Of a DNA stretch of 64,000 nucleotides, positions 57,633 to 64,000 are shown piece by piece. The position numbers and the translations under genes are program-made. Source of the DNA: Candidatus Latescibacterota bacterium (lineage in GTDB: Bacteria > Latescibacterota > UBA2968); assembly GCA_965204745.1 (NCBI GenBank), contig OZ242010.1, forward strand, positions 3,488,001 to 3,552,000, given 5' to 3'. Positions within the stretch are counted from its first letter, which is position 1. Every line of letters starts with the position of its first letter. A model generated the notes under the pieces. It did no database searches, was not told the origin of the DNA, and was given only the letters and a program-made list of their open reading frames with translations.

Positions 57633-58556
57633 ATGATATTTCCCACATTGACAGAGGCGCGACGCCTCGACAGATTGACGCCGCCATCTGGCAAGGTGCG
57701 GGTGGTGCTCGATACGGATGCGTACAACGAAGTGGATGATCAATTCGCGATTGCACACGCGCTCTTATCGCCCGATCAAATCGAGATCGAGGCCCTGTAC
57801 GCCGCGCCTTTTCACAACCGCCGCTCCAATGGGCCAAGAGATGGCATGGAGCGGAGCTATGAGGAAATCATCCGATTGCTCGACCGCTTGCAACTTCCCA
57901 ACGACAATCTGGTATTTCGCGGCTCGACGGGCTATCTCGAAACACCGCACACGCCGCAAGACAGCGACGCGGTGCGCGACCTCATCGCCAGAGCACTGTC
58001 ATCGCCCGATCCGCTCTACGTCGCGGCTATCGGCGCGATAACCAACGTGGCATCCGCCATCCTCCTCGAACCCGAAATCATCAAACGCATCGTCGTCGTC
58101 TGGCTTGGCGGCCACGAACACCACTGGGCGAACACCCGAGAATTTAACCTGCAACAAGACGTGTTCGCCGCGCGCATCATTTTCGACAGCGGCGTGCCCT
58201 TTGTCCAAATTCCCTGTCGCAATGTCGCGTCTCACCTCCTCACCACAATGCCCGAACTCGAAACCCATGTGGCGGGCAAAAGTGCCATCGGCGATTTTCT
58301 CACGGAAACCGTTCGGGGCTACCACGAAGATCACTATGCATGGGCAAAAGAGATTTGGGACATTTCGGCAACCGCGTACCTCGTCAATCCAACCTGGGTC
58401 ACGACCCGCGTGGTACACAGCCCCATCCTCACGGATCAACTGACGTGGAGCCACGACCCCAGCCGGCTTATGATGCGCGTTGCCGTCCAACTCAACCGCA
58501 ACGCCATTTTCGCAGATCTGTTCAAAAAACTGGAAACAGCCGGCGAGATGGCGTAA
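57633..58556 (+). CDS. Nucleoside hydrolase (IU-NH family)
   Basis: LDTDAYNEVDDQFA, IGAITNVA, EFN, IWD. Confidence 0.9.
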   Translation: MIFPTLTEARRLDRLTPPSGKVRVVLDTDAYNEVDDQFAIAHALLSPDQIEIEALYAAPFHNRRSNGPRDGMERSYEEIIRLLDRLQLPNDNLVFRGSTGYLETPHTPQDSDAVRDLIARALSSPDPLYVAAIGAITNVASAILLEPEIIKRIVVVWLGGHEHHWANTREFNLQQDVFAARIIFDSGVPFVQIPCRNVASHLLTTMPELETHVAGKSAIGDFLTETVRGYHEDHYAWAKEIWDISATAYLVNPTWVTTRVVHSPILTDQLTWSHDPSRLMMRVAVQLNRNAIFADLFKKLETAGEMA

Positions 58557-58659
58557 ACGAATCGATGGAACGGGCTATCGCTCAGGCTCATTCATCTGCG
58601 AAGTGCGTCGGGTTTTGGGGTTGTGCGGGGACTGACTACTGACTACTGACTACTGACTA

Positions 58660-59066
58660 GGTTGTGTTGACATTTCATTTTTTTCACGTTACGCACAGAG
58701 TAGCAAATCTGTTGCTTCTTGCTCATTTAAGGCGTTTGGTCCTTTGATGGCTTATAGCTATGGGACCTATCCCCCGGCCCCTTTCCTACGAGGAAAGGGG
58801 AGTAAAGCACCTTTGATGGCTTCTAGCTCTAGTTGCTCTGATGGAGTTGCGTGAGGGCATAAAGCGATTAAAAATCCCTTATCAATCCCCTCGCAAAACC
58901 GCTCACAGTTCCCCCCTTCCTCACAGGAAGGGGGGTTAGGGGGGTAGGTCCCGATAAGGCGCGACTGTCCGAATTTCTCAAACCGAGAGAATATTCTGCG
59001 AAAGGGCTTGATTTTCTCGATAAACCGCTCAAGCCAGTTGCTTTGCTCCTAAATGTCAACAGAACC
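58660..59066. mobile_element. MITE type A inserted at a TA within a heptamer array
   Basis: (GACTACT)n-GAC-TA[GGTTGTGTTGACATTT...AAATGTCAACAGAACC]TA-CTGACCACTGACC; TA target duplication. Confidence 0.88.
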
Positions 59067-59093
59067 TACTGACCACTGACCACTGATCCCCAA

Positions 59094-59906
59094 ATGAAAA
59101 AACCACAACCACACGCACAGGGCCGCGTCGCGTCTCTGTTTCTCAAATTGGAAAAGGCATCGCCCTTGTCCAAGCCGCTCGACGAAACCCTCACCTTGCG
59201 CGCTCGGTTTGGCATTGAAGGCGACGTAAATGCAGGCCGCGTCGGCCCTCGGCAGGTGCTTTTGACCTCGCTGGAGACCCTGCACAAATTCACATTGCAA
59301 CCCGGCGATCTGCGCGAGAATATCGTCGTTGCTGGGTTGCCATTGGACGACCTGCCATCCGGTTCGGTCCTGCAACTCGGGGCGTCCGCTGCGGTGCGGC
59401 TGACCTATCACTGCGAAGTCTGCAAATACATCGGCACACTGGGGATAGAACCGATTGCATCATTGGAAAATCAGCGCGGGTTTTTGGCTGTGGTATTGAT
59501 CGGCGGCGCGGTTCGCACAGGCGACCTGGTCGAGCTTCTGCCCGTGCGTTTCGATCCCGTGCCCGACCGCCCGTTTGATCGGTTTTTGTGGGTGGTAAAA
59601 CAGATTCCCTTTGGCAAGGTGATCACGTATAAGCAGATTTTAGACGTTTTGGGGGTGGGGCGTTCGTATTACCGCGTGTTGCCGACCTACATGAAACGCG
59701 CACGGGGCTATCCCCTGCATCGCATTCTGGACTCGAGGGGCTGTCTGATTTCGCATGTGAATGGTCAGCGGGCATTGCTCGAGCGCGAAGGCGTGGAGAT
59801 CGCGGCCCATGAGCGGTCGGTCAGCAACGCCTGGGTCGATGTATCCGCGTTTGGGTGGGATGTCCGTCATATTTATTACCGTGCGGGTGATGGCGATCCC
59901 GCTTGA
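59094..59906 (+). CDS. MOSC domain fused to an MGMT/ATL-like DNA-binding domain
   Basis: GIEGD...RQVLL...GDLRENI...CEVC...RGFLAVV..GGAVRTGD; IPFGKVITY...PLHRIL. Confidence 0.75.
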   Translation: MKKPQPHAQGRVASLFLKLEKASPLSKPLDETLTLRARFGIEGDVNAGRVGPRQVLLTSLETLHKFTLQPGDLRENIVVAGLPLDDLPSGSVLQLGASAAVRLTYHCEVCKYIGTLGIEPIASLENQRGFLAVVLIGGAVRTGDLVELLPVRFDPVPDRPFDRFLWVVKQIPFGKVITYKQILDVLGVGRSYYRVLPTYMKRARGYPLHRILDSRGCLISHVNGQRALLEREGVEIAAHERSVSNAWVDVSAFGWDVRHIYYRAGDGDPA

Positions 59907-59972
59907 CATCGCCCTGTATTTTTGTATCCTATCCCCGCGATAACGTGTTCACCATCCGAGAAAGGAAAGGAA

Positions 59973-60719
59973 ATGGCAAACGAGAAGCACACGCCGGTGG
60001 GGTATGACGACACGCCGATGCTGCCCGATCAACCGTGGCGCGTTCACGACAAAAATCGCCCTGCACCCCGCGTGGTCACGCCAGGGGCCAGCGCGGGAGA
60101 CGCGCCCGCTGATGCCGTGCGCCTGTTCGACGGCACGGACTTGTCCCTGTGGCAGAGCCGAGATGGGGGCGCGCCCACATGGACGGTGGAAAATGGGTAC
60201 GTGGAAGTGAATCCCCGAACCGGGAATATCCAGACCAAAGATGAATTTGGCAGCGTGCAGTTGCACTTGGAATTTGCTTGCCCGGCAGAAGTGCGCGGCA
60301 GCAGTCAGGGCCGCGGCAACAGCGGCGTGTTTTTGATGGGCAAGTACGAAGTGCAGGTGCTGGACGGCTACGACAATCCGACGTACGCCGATGGCACGAC
60401 AGGCGCGATTTACGGCCAGTTTCCGCCGCTGGTGAATGCGACCCGACCGCCGGGCGAGTGGCAGATTTACGACATCGTTTTTGAAGCCCCGCAATACAAT
60501 GGCGATGCGTTGGCATCCCCCGCGTACTTGACGGTGTTTTTGAACGGCGTTGTGTTGCACAATCGCAAAGCCGCGCTGGGCCCAACAGGGCATCGGAATA
60601 CCTCGTCCTACGACGCGACCCAAGGGACGACCGGTCCGCTGATGTTGCAAGACCACGGCGACCCCGTGCGCTATCGCAACATCTGGATCCGTCCGTTTGG
60701 GGGCTATGACGAGGGATAG
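59973..60719 (+). CDS. DUF1080 / 3-keto-disaccharide hydrolase family protein
   Basis: LFDGTDLS.W, GNSGVF, YEVQVLD, GEWQ.YDI, LQDHGDPVRYRNIW. Confidence 0.9.
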   Translation: MANEKHTPVGYDDTPMLPDQPWRVHDKNRPAPRVVTPGASAGDAPADAVRLFDGTDLSLWQSRDGGAPTWTVENGYVEVNPRTGNIQTKDEFGSVQLHLEFACPAEVRGSSQGRGNSGVFLMGKYEVQVLDGYDNPTYADGTTGAIYGQFPPLVNATRPPGEWQIYDIVFEAPQYNGDALASPAYLTVFLNGVVLHNRKAALGPTGHRNTSSYDATQGTTGPLMLQDHGDPVRYRNIWIRPFGGYDEG

Positions 60720-60747
60720 GGCAAGCGCGAAAAAAGAGAGGAACCCC

Positions 60748-60978
60748 ATGCCGATTCCCATTATCGACCCGTCACGAGCCACCACCAACGAAAGACTGGC
60801 AAGGCTTGAAGCGATTGTAGAACAACACACCCAAAGCCTCGATAGGATTGAAAGGCGCGTTGCAAATATTGAAGACAACATGCAAAAGTCCTTTCGTTGG
60901 CTTGTCGGCATCTTCTTTACGATTCTGTTGACGATCTTGGGCGCGACAGTGACCATTTTGTTGAATTTGCCCAAGTAA
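60748..60978 (+). CDS. Small coiled-coil plus C-terminal TM protein (XhlA/DUF1640-like), copy 1
   Basis: ERLARLE...FRWLVGIFFTILLTILG. Confidence 0.7.
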   Translation: MPIPIIDPSRATTNERLARLEAIVEQHTQSLDRIERRVANIEDNMQKSFRWLVGIFFTILLTILGATVTILLNLPK

Positions 60979-61015
60979 CTCCCAAATGCAAGAAAACAAA
61001 AAAGCGAGGAATCCC

Positions 61016-61219
61016 ATGCCCATCCCAATCATTGAACCACAAACCACCAACGAAAGACTGGCAAGGCTTGAAACAATGGTTGTTCAAATCAATGACCGCC
61101 TGACCAGACTTGAAGATCACATGCAAAAATCCTTTCGTTGGCTTGTCGGTATCCTCTTTACGATTCTGTTGACGATCTTGGGCGCGACAGTGACCATTTT
61201 GTTGAATTTGCCCAAGTAA
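61016..61219 (+). CDS. Small coiled-coil plus C-terminal TM protein, copy 2
   Basis: Tandem paralog; 3' ~100 nt almost identical to copy 1. Confidence 0.7.
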   Translation: MPIPIIEPQTTNERLARLETMVVQINDRLTRLEDHMQKSFRWLVGILFTILLTILGATVTILLNLPK

Positions 61220-61256
61220 TCCCAAACCACACAAAGCCTCTCGTTGGCACCATGAC

Positions 61257-61289
61257 AAAAGCCGATCCAGAAATGGGTCGGCTTTTTTT
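61257..61289 (+). terminator. Intrinsic terminator
   Basis: GCCGATCC-AGAAAT-GGGTCGGC-TTTTTTT. Confidence 0.8.
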
Positions 61290-61404
61290 ATCTCAAGCGG
61301 ATAATGTACCGCCTGACATGACTGCCATCGAGTTTGCGTTGACACCACAGGCATTCCCCTATTTTTTAGCGGGGAACTCAAATCAGGGCAGAGCCGGGGT
61401 TGCC

Positions 61405-62156
61405 TCACCTCTCCCGTCTTACGTCTCACTGAAGGGGGTTGGGCAGGGTGGGAACTGACAACTGACAACTGACTACTGACAATGCGAATTAAGAGTAGAA
61501 AGCGAGTAAGAAGCAAGCCGCAACCCATCATCCAAAGACATGAACGAGTTTCTGTTGACATTTTGTTTTAGAGCGATGAGCGTGGCCGTCCTTTCCGCCT
61601 CCCACCCGTGTCTGAATCGCGGATTAAGCGGATTACCCCACACCGCCCAACCACCCGTGCGTTCCCGTCCCGTCCCTACCCCGCCATGTGCGAGCCTCAC
61701 CGCGCCGCCGCCCGTGCGTGCCCGTCCTTTCCGCCCTGCCGTGTCTGAATCGCGGATTAAACGGATTAGGGGATTACGCGGATTACCCCACACCGCCCAA
61801 CCGCCATAGCCCTATCCCCCCGGCCCCCGTTATTCGCTTCGCTCATTGTAGGCTACGCCTGTGCCTACGAGGAAAGGGGGAGCGCGTGGCTTTCTTGAAG
61901 GGTTGTATCCCTGGCTATTCTGATGGCTTTGGGCGAATGGATCGCGCCATGAAAATGCGACCTATCCCCCCGGCCCCCTTTCCTACGAGGAAAGGGGGAG
62001 CGCATGGCTTTCTTAAAGGGTTGTATCCCTGGCTACTTTGATGGCTTTGCGCGAATGGATAATGCCATAGAAACCCAAACTCCCCTCGCACAATCCCTCG
62101 CACAACCTCTCGCCATTCCCCCTTCCTCTTAGGAAGGGGGCCAGGGGGTAGGTCCC
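61405..62156. repeat. Composite repeat block upstream of adhesin 2 (heptamers, end-C/end-A fragments, 9-mers, hairpin REPs)
   Basis: Matches 21420-21503 (inverted), 22717-23013 (direct) and 33608-34084 (inverted). Confidence 0.8.
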
Positions 62157-62197
62157 CCTCGCTTGACTGACCACCGATCCCATCGTCATTTTACCGC

Positions 62198-62227
62198 TTG
62201 ACAAACAATAGCGTGATTCCCTATATT
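62198..62227 (+). promoter_or_regulatory. Sigma70 promoter of adhesin locus 2
   Basis: TTGACA-18 nt-TATATT. Confidence 0.75.
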
Positions 62228-62310
62228 TTTCCCGTTCACCATTGCGATTTTGAACGCGAAGAAAAAGTCGCGCCCGGTCTGTGCGACAACTTTTGCAAAG
62301 GAGGCTTCAG

Positions 62311-62505
62311 ATGATTATCGCCATTTTCAGCCGCTGTTTGAACCTCATTTGGCACTATGTTTTTCCCGCCTGTCCCACCGCGAAAAGTGGCGTTCATATC
62401 GCCCATCCTCGTCTTGGAGTGCGGTTCTATTTTATTGCAAAACAGCCTGTTACGATGATCAGTACAGTGTACCCCCCCCCCCCCCCCCCCTCGGAGGGAG
62501 ACTAA
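62311..62505 (+). CDS. Leader ORF (64 aa) crossing a C19 tract (62472-62490); stops 1 nt before the adhesin ATG
   Basis: AAAGGAGGCTTCAG-ATG; ...YPPPPPPSEGD-TAA-A-ATG. Confidence 0.6.
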   Translation: MIIAIFSRCLNLIWHYVFPACPTAKSGVHIAHPRLGVRFYFIAKQPVTMISTVYPPPPPPSEGD

Positions 62506-62506
62506 A

Positions 62507-64000
62507 ATGGTGCTCTTTATTTTTCGTTTTCTGTCCCTTCCAACATGGATCGCCATGTTGGTCATGCCCTTGCTGGTCGCCCCTGCGACAGCGCAGACGA
62601 CGCCCTCGAATACCGATACGACCCTCAGCGCGCTGACCTTCACGCCGGGCACCCTGCTTTCCACATTCGCATCCGACAAAACCACCTACGCATTTGCCGT
62701 TCAATCCGGCGCGACAGAGATCACCGTGACCGCGACCCCAACCAATTCGGGGGCCTCTGTCACCATCACGCCGGCCGATGCCAGCGCGACCAGCGGCCAC
62801 CAAGTCGACGTGTCCTCCCCGCCGGTCAGCATTCGCATCGTGGTTTCCCCCGCTATGGGAACGACCACGCTGACCTATACGGTCTCGGCCGGCAATTTTA
62901 CCGACTACGACACCGATGGCGACAACCTCATTGAACTCGGTGCTGGGCAAACCGGGCTGGCGCAACTGCATGCCATGCGCTGGGACCTCAATGGCAATGG
63001 TTTCATAGACGCCAGTGCCACGACCAGCGATACGACCGCCTACAATACCGCCTTCTCCAACCGGCCGCCGGGGATGGGTTGCGAGACCACCTGTATCGGC
63101 TACGAACTGACAGCGAACCTAAACTTTGACGAGAACAGCGACAACGAAATTACCGCAACAGACGCCACCTACTGGAACAGCGGCGCAGGCTGGGCGCCCA
63201 TCGGCAGCAGTGCGACGAAATACACCGGCACCTTCCACGGCAACGACTATACCATCTCCAACCTGTTTATCGACCGCTCTGCCGCCAGCAAAACCGGGCT
63301 GTTCGGCTATGCCGAGGGCAACACGATTCGCAATTTGAGTCTGGTGGACGCCAATGTGACCGGCTATGCTGAAACCGCAGTCCTTGTTGGCGAAGGCAAC
63401 AATCTACAGCTCATGCACATCCGCGTCACCGGACGGGTCAGCGGGTCCGCACGAAGCGCCGGCTTGGTGGGCAGGCTGGCGCACGGCAACTCGACCATTA
63501 CCGCCTGTCGTTCCGAGGTGGACGTCACTGGGTCTAATATAAGCATCGGCGGCTTGGTGGGCTGGAGTAGCGGCACGATAATCGCTAGCTATGCTACCGG
63601 TGCAGTCAGCGGCTATTTTTACGTCGGCGGCCTGGTGGGCTTCCACGGCAACACCGGCAACCCAAAGGCCGTCATACGCGCCAGCTATGCCACCGGCGTA
63701 GTCAGCGGCGACACTGACACCGGTGGCCTGGTCGGTGCCAACTTCTATTCCAGCACGATAACCGGTAGCTATGCCATCGGCCCGGTCAGTGCTAATTCAC
63801 GGGTTGGTGGCTTGGTCGGTCTCAACAGTAATTCATCAATTACCCACAGCTACTACGATAGAACCACCACCAGACGTGGCGACACCGGACGCGGTGCTCC
63901 CCAGACCACCGCCGAGCTCCAAGGCCCCACGGGTTATACCACCGGTAGCATCTATGCCAACTGGAACCTGAACCTGGACGGGCAACCGGGCGGCGATGAT
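62507..64000 (+). CDS. Second giant adhesin paralog (5' part; runs off the window end)
   Basis: Clearly >90% nt identical by eye to 23371-24858; open to the window end. Confidence 0.9.
   Translation, partial: MVLFIFRFLSLPTWIAMLVMPLLVAPATAQTTPSNTDTTLSALTFTPGTLLSTFASDKTTYAFAVQSGATEITVTATPTNSGASVTITPADASATSGHQVDVSSPPVSIRIVVSPAMGTTTLTYTVSAGNFTDYDTDGDNLIELGAGQTGLAQLHAMRWDLNGNGFIDASATTSDTTAYNTAFSNRPPGMGCETTCIGYELTANLNFDENSDNEITATDATYWNSGAGWAPIGSSATKYTGTFHGNDYTISNLFIDRSAASKTGLFGYAEGNTIRNLSLVDANVTGYAETAVLVGEGNNLQLMHIRVTGRVSGSARSAGLVGRLAHGNSTITACRSEVDVTGSNISIGGLVGWSSGTIIASYATGAVSGYFYVGGLVGFHGNTGNPKAVIRASYATGVVSGDTDTGGLVGANFYSSTITGSYAIGPVSANSRVGGLVGLNSNSSITHSYYDRTTTRRGDTGRGAPQTTAELQGPTGYTTGSIYANWNLNLDGQPGGDD

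Overview
GC-rich bacterial chromosome segment. Gene content, dockerin-like EF-hand tails and FN3/GLUG/Calx-beta surface proteins suggest an FCB-group host-associated organism such as a sponge Latescibacterota/Gemmatimonadota-type symbiont; this is inference only. The backbone is housekeeping: hisG, ruvCAB-tsaB-rimI, carB (split), pyrK/pyrD, nnr, gltX and four tRNAs, plus sugar and sulfate catabolism genes. Intergenic spaces carry a dense, modular set of non-autonomous repeats: TA-flanked MITEs with three interchangeable end types, REP-like hairpins, 7-mer and 9-mer tandem repeats, and a 35-nt module nested in the hairpins. The main candidate new system is two paralogous giant adhesin loci (23371-33228 and 62507 to the window end). 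Each is preceded by a promoter and a 64-codon leader ORF with a strong SD that runs through a poly-C tract (C15 vs C19) abutting the adhesin SD. Tract length sets whether the leader fuses to, stops just before, or overruns the adhesin start, giving a putative three-state phase-variable translational switch. The adhesins show almost purely non-synonymous variation around the GLUG motifs, and locus 1 is bracketed by long inverted repeats. Other finds: an unannotated ArsC selenoprotein (UGA at codon 12 plus a SECIS-like hairpin), a low-GC ABC-ATPase/nuclease plus SDH-protease island, a split carB, and a frameshifted TPR-peptidase. All coordinates and alignments were read by eye; no searches were run.
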